A stretch of DNA of 63,565 nucleotides, the filler included, from Octopus bimaculoides (Eukaryota): the NCBI RefSeq assembly GCF_001194135.2. It is 6 parts of 6 records of this genome, joined end to end, with 100 filler letters (N's around TTAATTAATTAA, not from the genome) between each part and the next. Parts side by side here need not be neighbours in the genome. Positions count along the whole stretch, not along the records: positions 12,914 to 42,776 come from NC_068996.1; positions 42,877 to 48,469 come from NC_068993.1; 4 more parts are not named here. One strand, given 5' to 3'. Below the pieces are notes generated by a model. It saw nothing but the letters and a program-made list of their open reading frames with translations. It did no database searches and was not told where the DNA came from. Numbering within the stretch: the stretch's first letter is position 1; each line of letters begins with the position of its first letter. Shown in pieces: positions 35,347 through 47,939 of this stretch. The position numbers and the translations under genes were made by a program.

Positions 35347-37324
35347 ACTTTTTCACTTCCCAAGCATTAAACTAATACATCTGTTTGTTGTCTACACCAC
35401 CTGTCTTCGTCTTTTTTGTTTTTTGTGACTCCTCCCCCCACATATATATATATATATATATATATCATCATCATCATCATTGTCGTTTAACGTCCGCTTT
35501 CCATGCTAGCATGGGTTGGACGATTTGACTGAGGACTGGTGTGTGTGTGTCTTTTTCAAATGTGGTTTGTCCTACTGTCACTTGACAACCGATGTTGGTT
35601 TTATTTATGTCACATAACTTAGCAATTCAGCAAAAAAGTCCGATAGAATCAGTATTAGACTTTTTAAAAAAACTACTACTGATGTCAACTAAAATCCTCA
35701 AAACAAAACAATGCCCCAGCATGGCTGTAATCCAATGAATGAAACAAGTAAAAGGCAACAGAGAAAGACTGAAAAAAAATGAAATCACAAATAGTCACAA
35801 AAAAATTTAAAGAAGTGATTGATTCAGAAATTTTTTTTGGTGATGATGGTGGGTTTTAACTATCATTTAAGACATTAGATAAAACATGATTTTTTTCCCT
35901 TATACCATTATGTAGTATTGACATTGTGTACAACTCATATATTCATCATCATCATCATCATTGTCGTTTAACATCCGCTTTCCATCCTAACATGGGTTGG
36001 ACGATTTGACTGAGGACTGGTGAACCAGATGGCTACACCAGGCTCCAATCTGATTTGGCAGAGTTTCTACAGCTGGATGCCCTTCCTAATGCCAACCACT
36101 CCGAGAGTGTAGTGGGTGATCAGTTAATAAATGGCTTAGAATAACATGTTTAATTAACTGTTATGTTATTTAAATGAAATATGATAAAAAAAATTTTCTT
36201 ATGAGCTTTTTTTCTTCACTGAAATGGTTATACTTTATCTTTGCTAAAATTATATCTGTTTATTTCCTGCCTACATAGGTGCAGGCATAGCTGTGTGACA
36301 AGAAGCTTTTTTCCTAACCATATGGTTCTGGGTTCAGTTCCACTTGTACAAGTGTCTTCTACTGTAACTCCGTGGATTTGGTAGATGTAAACTAAAAGAA
36401 GTTGATCTTATATATGTATATATTATCATCATCATTTAATGCTTGGTTTCCATGCTGGCATGGGTTGGATGGTTTGACAAGAGCTTTCAACCCAGAGATC
36501 TGAACTAGGCTCCAGTTATCTGTTTTGGCAAGACTTCTACAGCTGGATGCCCTTCCTCTTGCCAACCACTTTACAGAGTGTACTGGGTGCTTTTACATGA
36601 CACCAGCACAAGTGCTTTTTTACCTAGAGTATGATAGAGGAACAAAGATAGCTATCTTGTTACAGAGGAGATATTTAGTTACCCTAGTAGGACAAAGAAG
36701 GAGAGAATGTGGACGAGAGTTAGAGAAAAAGACAGAGAGACAGTCAGAGTAAGAGAGAAATGGCCTACTTGCAGGGAAGTGGGAGGAGTTTAATAGAGTG
36801 TGAGGAGGTCTGCTTTAGCATGATTTTTACAACTGGATGCCCTTCCTAGTGCAAACCACTTTACAGAGTGTACTGGCTGCTTTTTGCATAGCACCAGCAC
36901 CAGTGAGGTTACCAACTAACTTGCAAGACAAAGATCCTGTGATGGGGGTCGTGGTGGGTATTGAAGGAGGTGGCTTTGTTCCAGGTGATAAGAGATTTAG
37001 AGTATGACAGAGGGATAGAAATGTGTGTTTTGTTGTAGAGGAGTTACATGGATACATGGTTACATGTAGGGAGAGAGAGAAAGCGAGAGTGAGAGAGAGA
37101 GAGAGAGGTGATGGCAAAGTGCCAGGATATACTCTCAAAATGGGATGGTACAGGATTGCCCAGGGTGCATGAGTAGAGAGTTCACATGAATGCAGGTAGG
37201 AGAGGGAAGATAGGATTGGGCTGCAGGAGTGGGGAGGGGGAGATATAGTTTAGTTTATTGGAGTAGGAGGTGTGAAAAATTTTAAGTTACATATAGGTGG
37301 AACACACAGTGCTTCCAGAACTCA

Positions 37325-37760
37325 GTTTTGCTGAGGCACATGGGTTTTCTCACAGTCCATTGCTACCTTCTCAATGAAGCTCAGCATCTTGAGATCAGCC
37401 CTCACTACTTCATCTCATGTCTTCTTGGGTCTCTCTCTTCCACGAGTGCCATCCACTTTCAGCAGTTGGCCTTCAAACAGCTGTCTTCATCCATACATAT
37501 ATGTGTAAACCAACATAGTCTTCTCTCTTACGTATTGCATCTGATTCCTCTTATGCCCAACTTTTCTTCTCAGCATGTTCACACTTTGTCGTACATGCAT
37601 GCTAATGTTGCATATCCACTGAAGCATACTAGCTTCCTTCCTCTGGAGTCTATGCATGCCATCTGCATTCAGGGCCCACATCTCACTACCATGGAGTACA
37701 GCCGTTCATACTCAAGAATCATACAACCTACCTTCCAGTCCTTTTGTTGCCAACAGAAGT
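37325..37760 (-). mobile_element. RTE-clade LINE ORF2 fragment
   Basis: Minus strand LHGSEMWALNADGMHRLQRKEASMLQWICNISMHVRQS, homologous to the 29140 and 32070 copies. Confidence 0.8.
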
Positions 37761-37792
37761 AATAGATCTCTGGACTTCCTCCATCATATTTT

Positions 37793-37861
<69 letters not shown>

Positions 37862-37864
<3 letters not shown>

Positions 37865-38277
37865 TGGCAATGATCTCACTCGAATGTCTTTTCATGTGCC
37901 AGGAAGGCGACGTTGGTAACGATCAGGCTTAAATGGTGCTATTTACATGCTACCGGCACAGAAGCCAGACAGCTGGTGCTCTGGCAACGATCACGCTTGA
38001 ACGGTGCTCATAGTGCTCCACATGTACAGGTGTCATCACGATTTCGCTTTTGCTTGCCCCAACAGATCTTCGCAAGCTGAGTTTAGTGTTCAATGAAAGA
38101 GACGTTGGCATGGGTGCCAGTCTACAAATTTAGTTTGATTTCGATTTCACTTGCCTCAATAGGTCTTCGCAAGTGGAATTTAGTGTCCAATGAAGGAACG
38201 TTACGTGTAAGTGAGCTGGCTACATCCCTTGCAGAGGCCTTGGATTTTGGTCTCACTTGGCTTGCCGGGTCTTCTCA
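37862..38277 (-). mobile_element. Young RTE-subfamily ORF2 stop region and 3' UTR
   Basis: Minus strand tgagaagacccggcaagccaagtga (EKTRQAK*) followed by UTR subrepeats shared with 20975-21190 and 24600-24770. Confidence 0.75.
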
Positions 38278-40102
38278 CACAGCTTTGGTTGGCCTGAAGA
38301 TATAGTGGAAGACGCCCAAGGTGCCATGNNNNNNNNNNNNNNNNNNNNNNNNNNNNNNNNNNNNNNNNNNNNNNNNNNNNNNNNNNNNNNNNNNNNNNNN
38401 NNNNNNNNNNNNNNNNNNNNNNNNNNNNNNNNNNNNNNNNNNNNNNNNNNNNNNNNNNNNNNNNNNNNNNNNNNNNNNNNNNNNNNNNNNNNNNNNNNNN
38501 NNNNNNNNNNNNNNNNNNNNNNNNNNNNNNNNNNNNNNNNNNNNNNNNNNNNNNNNNNNNNNNNNNNNNNNNNNNNNNNNNNNNNNNNNNNNNNNNNNNN
38601 NNNNNNNNNNNNNNNNNNNNNNNNNNNNNNNNNNNNNNNNNNNNNNNNNNNNNNNNNNNNNNNNNNNNNNNNNNNNNNNNNNNNNNNNNNNNNNNNNNNN
38701 NNNNNNNNNNNNNNNNNNNNNNNNNNNNNNNNNNNNNNNNNNNNNNNNNNNNNNNNNNNNNNNNNNNNNNNNNNNNNNNNNNNNNNNNNNNNNNNNNNNN
38801 NNNNNNNNNNNNNNNNNNNNNNNNNNNNNNNNNNNNNNNNNNNNNNNNNNNNNNNNNNNNNNNNNNNNNNNNNNNNNNNNNNNNNNNNNNNNNNNNNNNN
38901 NNNNNNNNNNNNNNNNNNNNNNNNNNNNNNNNNNNNNNNNNNNNNNNNNNNNNNNNNNNNNNNNNNNNNNNNNNNNNNNNNNNNNNNNNNNNNNNNNNNN
39001 NNNNNNNNNNNNNNNNNNNNNNNNNNNNNNNNNNNNNNNNNNNNNNNNNNNNNNNNNNNNNNNNNNNNNNNNNNNNNNNNNNNNNNNNNNNNNNNNNNNN
39101 NNNNNNNNNNNNNNNNNNNNNNNNNNNNNNNNNNNNNNNNNNNNNNNNNNNNNNNNNNNNNNNNNNNNNNNNNNNNNNNNNNNNNNNNNNNNNNNNNNNN
39201 NNNNNNNNNNNNNNNNNNNNNNNNNNNNNNNNNNNNNNNNNNNNNNNNNNNNNNNNNNNNNNNNNNNNNNNNNNNNNNNTACCAGCCACCATAAATTAAT
39301 TGTGACTTTATTACTGGCCACCATAAATTTTTTTTTTTTTTTTTTTCCTGTGATTTTATTACCAGCCACCATAAATTAATTGTGACTTTTTCCCTAGTCA
39401 GAATTGAGATTTTATTACTGTGACATTATTACCAGTCACCTATCAGTCAAGTTTTGAGATAGATTTATATTTTTAGAGCAGGCATTCTCAACATTTTTTT
39501 TTTTTTATCTGTGCACCTCTTTGATTACAATTTTATTCTGAGGGAACTATTCAATGTTTAAAAACTAGTTTTATAGATTCTTCTTTCAAAATTCCTATTT
39601 TGCTTTTTCAAACATTAACTTGTGTAGGTTGAACTATGTAAAATGTTATAGGAAGAAACCTATCTGTTTGTTGCAATACATACCAATACATACATCTAAA
39701 GCAAAATTTTTTCTAAGAGTCCTTAAAATAATATTGTGGATCCCCAGTTTACTATTTTGTTGTGTGGACCTCAAAAATCTTATATGGACATCCAGGGACC
39801 ATATAGACCCTGGTTGAGAACCACTGCTTTAGAGCATCCTTGATATGAGTTGAATTATATAAACAAAACAAAGACTACCTTGGAATAGACTAAAATATTT
39901 TTACATTATCTAATCTATGATTAAAATAAATGTGCAGTTGTGGCTGTGTGGTTGAGATGTTTAAAACCCAACCATATGGTTTTGGGTTCAGTTGAAGCAT
40001 TGAAGTCGAGATTATTGACTTATCCCCCTACCATTGAAATTACTAGCCTTGTGCTAAAAGTTTGAAGCTATATAAACGGACCAATTCTGAGAATACACCT
40101 AT

Positions 40103-40395
40103 AGGAAAAAAAGGTAATGTAAAAGGAGAAAGGGCTCGATACCCCTTTCTTATTTTTCTGACCAGGCTCCCGTGGTTTTATGGGTTTTTCCACGTGTAAC
40201 CTTTTCTTTTTCGAAGTGCCTCCCCCTATTGGGAGTTTTATTTGTTATATCTTTCTCCATTTTTTCCTCTGTTTACATGAATGTTTTTCTACTTTTCGGA
40301 CAAAACCTGTTATAACCTTCGTCCTGTCTTTGTCCTTACATGTTTTTGATTGATATTAGCCCTTGTGGCCAATAAGACGAATTAATTATTATTAT
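40103..40395 (+). mobile_element. LINE-like 3' end with AATAAA-like signal and (ATT)n tail
   Basis: Ends ccttgtggccaataagacgaattaattattattatt; reverse-complement copy at 42457-42776. Clade not established. Confidence 0.7.
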
Positions 40396-42456
40396 TGTTG
40401 TTGTTGTTGTTTAGAAATTATCATCATCATAATTATTGTATTTTATTTCTCAAAGCTCTCAATCTTACTTGCTCTGGTTAATTCTGTGAGAGCAGACAAT
40501 ATCCTGTTGTCAAAGATCTGACAGAGTCTCTTTCTACAAATTATAAGACTAGGTACTTAGTTGTTAAGTATCATAGAAGATACTCAACACCCATGTACCA
40601 ATCTCAAAATCCTAGAGCAGTTTTTTGGGGGCATGCTTTGCCCTCATGTCAATTCCAATTTCTCCAACATATTTTTTGAACTTGGTTGTTAGTGTTCTGA
40701 GTGCTCCTTATTATTATTATTACTAGCTGGGCCCATGCTGTCAAAAAATGCTGATTAATTGTAGTAATTTATATATAAAAAAAAGGTACAAAAAGGTGAA
40801 AAAAAAATCAAACAGTACTTCCACTCTATGTGAGTGTGTGTGTGTGTGCACATGTATATGTTTATGTTTTCTATACTTTGTCACAGCCCACTTCCTTTCT
40901 TTTTAAGTGTGTCTGTTTATATCTATATATGTTGTTGTTGGCACTCCATCGTTTACAACGTCGAGGGTTCCAGTTGATCCGATCAACAGAACAGCCTGCT
41001 CGTGAAATTAATGTGCAAGTGGCTGAGCACTCCACAGACATGTGTACCCTTAACGTAGTTCTTGGGGATATTCAGCATGACACAGTGTGACAAGGCTGGC
41101 CATTTGAAATACAGGTACAACATATATATGTATGTGTAAATGCGCATGTATCTGTAATTCTATTTTCTATATATCTTTCTAAATAAACAAATATATAAAT
41201 ATATTTTACACAAACACACACACACATTCATATTCCTCCTTTTTAAACACACACACACACATATACTCACACAAAGTTGAAGTGCTGTTTGATTTTTGTT
41301 TCACCGTTGACTTTTCACCATCCCACTTCCATCAGTAGATCACCCCTTCCTTTCTCATTCATATGTTGTGACAGAGAAATACACAAGAGTATGATTATAG
41401 TAGAAGATACATGATGCCTTCTTTGCTACTTCCCCTCTCCCATTGTTATTACTTTCTCTTACTCCCTCTTAGTCATGGTTATTACTCTCACTACTTCTCC
41501 TTCACTGAATTACTATTTTTTTTCTCCTCTCCCTTCATCATTCCCTCTGTGCAACTTAGCGGTTTGGCAAGAGTGACTGATAGATTAAGTACTGGGATCG
41601 ATTTGGTCAACTAAAGGACAACTGGGAGAGGACACTTGACTTCTTAAGCGGTGGTTTTAGCAGGGTTTCTACATGTAACCCTCAGAAGCCAACCCACTTT
41701 TGGTGAAGATTTTGGTTTTTATTTCCCTTGCTTGCATGTTGTTTTTTTATAATAGTGTAGGTTGTTCTGAATTTAATAATTTCGACGTATGAATGTTTGA
41801 AGGGGAGGATTTAAAGTTAGAGAGTGTAGGTACAATTACCTCCCCTGACAGCAGGTTTAAATAAGCTGGCCAATAGAGGGCATAAGCAACATTAAGGTTC
41901 AGAGACTCATCTCTTCCTCTTTTCTCGCCAAGACGTCAGACAGTAAAGATGTGATCTAGTTTCTCTCTTACACCACACGCCAGCAAGCAGATAGGAGGCA
42001 ATGCACAGGAGAAGACCATGGCTTCCATGCATCAAACCATTTCCAGTCATCATTCAGCATGTATATACATGTGTAGCCACATTAACGGTATTTAAAGTTA
42101 CTACCTTGTTCCATGTATTTCTTTATACCGTGTTCCTGTCAAATGATATTACAGCCTTCTGAGTAGAGTCACATTAGATGGAATACAACCCATCCTTCTA
42201 TAAGAGTAATAGCGAAAAAGAAAAAAGAGAAAACTTTTAAAAGAAAAAACAAACTAAGAAGCTACATCTATTTGAGATGGATGTGTGAATGTAATTTGAG
42301 TCCAGGAATGGATTTTGCTATGAAGTTGCTGTGGGGATATTGATGGTTTTGATCTTGCCTGGGATTGGACAAATGTGTCTGTTGGTTACAGGATATAGTT
42401 CTTTTATTGTTCTTTTACTTCAACTCAAATTGTTTTGATGCATTGTGACAATAATA

Positions 42457-42776
42457 ATAATAAGTAATTCGTTTTATTGGCCACAAGGGCTAATATCAAT
42501 TAAAAACATATAAGGACAAAGACAGGACGAAGGTTACAAAAGGTTTTGTCCGAAAAGGTAGGAAAGTTCATCTAAACAGAGGAAGAAAACGGAGAAAGAT
42601 ATAATAAATAAATAGATAAATAAATAAGTAGAACTCCCAAAGGGGGAGGCGCTTCGAAAAAGGAAAGGTTACACGTGGAAAAACCCATAAAACCACGGGA
42701 GCCTGGTCAGAAAAATAAGAAAGGGGTATAGAGCCCTTTCTCCGTTTACATTACCTTTTTTTTCTTTTTTTCTTTT
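42457..42776 (-). mobile_element. Second copy of the 40103 element, inverted
   Basis: Reverse complement of 40103-40395 with scattered substitutions and small indels. Confidence 0.75.
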
Positions 42777-42975
42777 NNNNNNNNNNNNNNNNNNNNNNNN
42801 NNNNNNNNNNNNNNNNNNNNTTAATTAATTAANNNNNNNNNNNNNNNNNNNNNNNNNNNNNNNNNNNNNNNNNNNNAAGAGGTGACGTAGTCTGTTTGTG
42901 TAGGTAGTGTTCTTTACCACTTCATACTAAAAATATCCGCCTATGGATATAATAATAGATTACTATATTTTTTCT

Positions 42976-43024
42976 GTCTCCGATGAAGGGAAGTACTGGA
43001 TCTTCCCAGAAACAGCTGTAAGAC
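42976..43024 (+). ncRNA. Type I minimal hammerhead ribozyme motif (U4C core variant)
   Basis: GTCT CCGATGA A GGGAAG tactggat CTTCCC A GAAA C AGCT GTA AGAC; stem I GTCT/AGAC, 6-bp stem II, palindrome ACAGCTGT, GUA triplet. Confidence 0.65.
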
Positions 43025-43466
43025 TCTATCCATAAATTTCTTCAACCTTACCTTTGCTCTCTTTATCTTTTTGTTTTTTATATATTTACATATATACATA
43101 TATATATATGCATACACACATATTTATGTATGAGTCTGCTGAAATGAATTGATACGTCCACATATAACATCCCAGGGTAAATCATTTTTCTCTGATGAAA
43201 TTATGCTCATGTCACATAAATGCAAATTTAAAGTACAAATTTGTATTTAAATTATTGAGTATTAATTGAAATGGCTGTAAAAAGGATGTTTGTTAACTTA
43301 CTTATCTCCATTTCTTTTTCTTCTTTTAACTGGATATAAACTATATGTTTAATATATACCTATTGTTTAAAGAGAATTTCATTCCCCAACAATACTAGAT
43401 ATTGAACCAGTATTTCCTTAGATGCAACCATCGCTTCGAGAGGTAAACATATCCTCCAATTAAATT

Positions 43467-43558
43467 CGCGCGCGTGTGTGTGTGTGTGTGTGTGCGCGTG
43501 TGCGCGCGTGCGCGTGCGCGTGTGTGCGCGTGCGTGTGTGTGTGCGTGCGTGTGTGTG
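43467..43558. repeat. Mixed (CG)/(TG) alternating purine-pyrimidine tract
   Basis: About 90 nt of cgcgcgcgtgtg...gcgcgtgcgcgtg without interruption of the alternation. Confidence 0.85.
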
Positions 43559-46510
43559 CTCGTAGAGTTATTAATAGCAACTTGACAAGGATGAATGGAT
43601 ACCTAAACGTGTCTGGCTATTACACACACAAACACAAACGCACACACACACACATATATATTAACTTTACATTTGTAAAGAAGAACCAATGTTTGCTTTA
43701 ATTTCCTAAACTATTGAATAATAAACTCCTATTGATTATAAGGTGTGTATTGATGCCTTTGCTAGTTTAAATTCACCTCACTCTGTGTCAAATAGTTGAC
43801 GTGGTATCGAAAATAAAAACGACAATATATCCATTTCAATTAACTTAAACTGTAAGGTTTTGAAGTCGTAACAAGAGAAATAAATATTTATTTAACGTAG
43901 CTCACTATGACGGTGCAGTTAATAACTTTTGATTATCAATTGGACTGTTAATTGTCTATTCTACATTTTCCCAATGTATCAATAGTGGTTCGGGTAACTA
44001 TCAGCTGAAGTAGTTCGAAAAGTATTAACAAATTTGTTTATAAACAACTAAGATTCGTTGCCGTGTAGTTTTTAATTCAAGTTCTACAAAGATACGAGAA
44101 AGATATTTCTGAAAGTCATTAAGGAATATTGTCTTCTGAATTATGTATACGAGGCGGAAAAAATCAATCAAGTAGCTCTATTTACTACGGTTTGTAAGAT
44201 AAATATTGATAGATCGGTTACCTCATTGATTTACTGTATCGGTCACTCAAGCTTATCTTGAACATAAAGGTACGCTGAACTATCAAAACGCTCTGCTGAA
44301 GAGAAATATACGCTAGAAACGATATTAATTATAATGTATCTTCTATCATTTTTATATGAAATAATGCCAAGGCTTCTTTATCTCCTTTAGACAGGATTCG
44401 AAGAATTTTATTGCCAAACTAAGAGAAATATTTCTATCTTTTACCTCAAGTAATACAGCATAAAGATAAATCAGCATTATATATCCTTCCAGCGGCGATC
44501 AAACCTGCCCTCATTTATCATATTTAACCATAAAAATATATCACACAATGAAAATGAAGTGTTTCGCTTGTAAATATTGCAGCTACAGGTTTCCAATATT
44601 TTAACTCTGATGCTATTTAAATTTTCCCATCTTGATACAAATCCATAATATTTCCAGTCTTGAAATATCGATTAATACTAATATTGTCTCTCGTCTCATT
44701 TGTCATTTCACTAATCCGATCTGATTTTTATGGCATTGATATTGAATTCCTAATAAAATATATCATTATTTTCGTGTGAAGATATCAATTATAATACAAT
44801 GAAAGCAGATGACTTCCATTTATATTATTGTGTATTAACATCTACACGAAACGTCCAAGAAAAGTATACAAAAACAAAATTGAGGTTTCACATGGTCGTT
44901 TAACGTACAAGAAAAAGAAGCCACATGACCTCTAATGTATTCCGGTATGCACTTCCTAGATGATCATGGATGATTTACTCGATCAGGACTAACCTGCAAC
45001 CACAGCAGCAAGAGGACTGAGTTTACCTGGATTTTCTAAAATATATTTCTATTATATTCGTTCTTTTTAAACATCTTGGCTTCAGATTCTAGCTTGCGGT
45101 GAATCAGTTCTTTAAAACAATTCCCTGACACAAGTTGCTGTCGCCTTCGATAAATTTCACAGTGCCTATTTTCACAAAATAAAAGAAAGTTTGTATTGCT
45201 TATGTTTTTTCCAATGTCATTAAAAATTATTGTGCAATAGTATAACTTTGGTTTGCTTCCAGATCCTGGATTCGAGTATTCTTTAAAATTACGGTGCTCG
45301 GGAATTCCAATTCAAAATTTCGTTTTTACTGCTGTTTTTCGGATATTTTCTCATTCCTCATTCTTGATGAGCTGTTGATACAAAGTTGGCATCGTTATTT
45401 CCTCGTCAATATACTTTAGGTAATATTCCTGAGCTATGCTTTGGATCGAACGCCATGTCATTAATTTTAACTACAGCAACGGTCCATAGTCCCAAGTAAT
45501 TTTAATACGGTCTTTTTCAAATATCGATATGCTTCAGTTAATATTTAATATTTAAACATGTAAAAATAGCAACAGATTAGTGGTTAAATATTCAGAGCCA
45601 AGTGGTAAAATATTTGTTCCAAGTTCAATCCTCAAGTCAGTAATATCACTTGAAGATGGATGGGAGAATAGTAATCGAAATGTTATATCATCAATACATG
45701 CAACACAGGAAAATTTGCAAAATAAATAGTTTTTAATTAAATCATAAATAGAAATTTCGTATGAAACAATCACCCTAAACACTTGGCATCTAAGCTGTTT
45801 AACAACGTTAAAAGAATACGATTGGTGTTATAGATTCGAACAAAGAGAAATGTATGAAGGGTTTCCTTTCTTATATCTTAATAATGTTGCATCTTGAAGA
45901 CGGACTTTGAAATAGTTTGTGTTCCTTGAAGAATATTCAGTTCATGTGAGAGTTTTCTTGAATCCTTGCTTTCATGATGTTTGATTAGTTTTATAAAGGG
46001 CTCTTGTATGTTGAGAGGTAAGTGCATAGATCTATGAGTTGAAACAAACCTGGTTTTCTCTTGGTAGGTAGGTTCTACCGACATCAGCCATTGGATTGGC
46101 CCTCTTGGTTACTGCCCGTATTTTCCTTGTTTTAATATCCAGTCATCTATTTTACTCATCTCATTGTTCCAGTTTTTTGCACTGATAATGTGTCACTAGA
46201 CACAAAGCTAGCCTATTAATATCTTCGATGACGAATGTAATGATGAAAACCACGTTATTCAAGAAATATTACACCAGAAGCAGAACAAGACAAGACAATA
46301 ACTTCAGAAAAACAATAAGGAAACAACAGCAACAACAACAGCCGTAGCAATAGCAGCAAATGGTGTAACAGCACAAATAACAATCATCACAACGACAAAA
46401 TACAAAAATGTATGTACTATCTAGTAAAGAAATAAGTTACTATGGCAAGAAATTCAAAATAAATGTTTCGAAAATATCTTTTGTTTTATTATGAAAACTA
46501 CATATATATA

Positions 46511-47385
46511 AAGGGTTCAGTGAATAAACTGTCGTCTAAATTACGCAAAAATGAAAATAATACTGACTCTCATTTTAACAGACATATTTACCAGAATTAC
46601 ATAGAAAAAGCTTGAAATACTGAAGAGTGAATGTATTCAAAAAAATCGCCATTGACTTCAACCACGGCCTCCAGATGACTTCGGAATCTCTTGCAACTCT
46701 TCTAGACGGTTTCCTTGTTTAAGGTGGTGAATGCTGCCATAATTCTTACCTTCACTTTATCTTTGGTGTTACAGAGAGTTTTGTTGGTCTCTCGCTCAAC
46801 TGCGCCCCACACATAATAACCATGGGGTTTGCAGTCTGGGTAGTTAGGTGACCAGATTTTAGGAGGGGTGATGTGGTCGCAGAAATTGCCTGACAGCCAT
46901 AACTAGGTTCTCCTGCTGCTTGTGTGGCATGGTGCAGAGTCCTGTAGCCAGACATAGTGTGTTCCAGCATCCACCCTCTTGACCCAGGGCAGAACTACCT
47001 CCTCCAGGCAATTGATGTAAGCCTAGAAGTCTGAGGCCATGTTGGATGATAAATGGAGTTATAACGTCGCCATCACTAATGATTAGTCCAAACACCATGA
47101 TGTTGACTGGATGTTTGATTTTTATCATTCTAAGTACGTGTTCTCAGATTGCACTGTCCTCAGATTGATACCCAAACACTCCGAAATGTTCGTATTGGAG
47201 CTTCCGGTGTGAATGTCAAGTAGTACAGCATGTTGTTTCCAAATTTCTGGCATAGTGAATTGCGTTATGGTGCTGCTTTACTCAGAGACGGTGCCCAACT
47301 GATACTACTATACTGTATAATGGACAAAAATCAAAAACAATGTGCGAATTAAAAAATATAACATGGCGACAATTTAGCCATCACA
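46511..47385 (-). mobile_element. Internally deleted Tc1/mariner element of maT/DD37D (Bmmar1-like) type
   Basis: Minus-strand fragments KHPVNIMVFGLIISDGDV, YVWLQDSAPCHT, NFCDHITP, WSPNYPDCKPHGYYVWGAVERETNKTLCNTKD, LEAVVEVNGDFFE; TIR aagggttcagtgaataaactgtcgtc after TA at 46509, and a degenerate partner near 47365-47385 running into a gap. The last Asp is mutated and the spacing is lengthened by two apparent codon duplications. Confidence 0.85.
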
Positions 47386-47847
47386 NNNNNNNNNNNNNNN
47401 NNNNNNNNNNNNNNNNNNNNNNNNNNNNNNNNNNNNNNNNNNNNNNNNNNNNNNNNNNNNNNNNNNNNNNNNNNNNNNNNNNNNNNNNNNNNNNNNNNNN
47501 NNNNNNNNNNNNNNNNNNNNNNNNNNNNNNNNNNNNNNNNNNNNNNNNNNNNNNNNNNNNNNNNNNNNNNNNNNNNNNNNNNNNNNNNNNNNNNNNNNNN
47601 NNNNNNNNNNNNNNNNNNNNNNNNNNNNNNNNNNNNNNNNNNNNNNNNNNNNNNNNNNNNNNNNNNNNNNNNNNNNNNNNNNNNNNNNNNNNNNNNNNNN
47701 NNNNNNNNNNNNNNNNNNNNNNNNNNNNNNNNNNNNNNNNNNNNNNNNNNNNNNNNNNNNNNNNNNNNNNNNNNNNNNNNNNNNNNNNNNNNNNNNNNNN
47801 NNNNNNNNNNNNNNNNNNNNNNNNNNNNNNNNNNNNNNNNNATATAC

Positions 47848-47939
47848 TTTATTAAAAATGGTGCAGACGTCACAAAAACTGTTCCTCAGAATTTCACGTT
47901 CCTGTTCAAGGGATAGTTTTGGTTTAGAATGATTCTCAA
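47848..47939 (-). CDS. Candidate exon xENHSKPKLSLEQEREILRNSFCDVCTIFNK
   Basis: Protein-like open frame, acceptor cagttttag, donor AAA|GTATAT; phase-compatible with the 57283-57306 micro-exon; no homology evidence. Confidence 0.25.

Noticed and set aside
39280-39389. 29-bp direct repeat accagccaccataaattaattgtgacttt with a partial middle copy (CRISPR-like spacing)
   Set aside because: Only two full copies, gap-adjacent, eukaryotic context, no cas genes; an ordinary short tandem duplication.
44900-46100. Possible highly decayed L1/Tx1-like ORF2 remnant on the minus strand
   Set aside because: Protein-like stretches but no diagnostic motif could be read.
46180-46215. CTGATAA-TGTGTC/GACACA hairpin, and a similar motif at 43192-43230
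   Set aside because: The core lacks G8 and/or GAAA and there is no stem I; not supportable as hammerheads.
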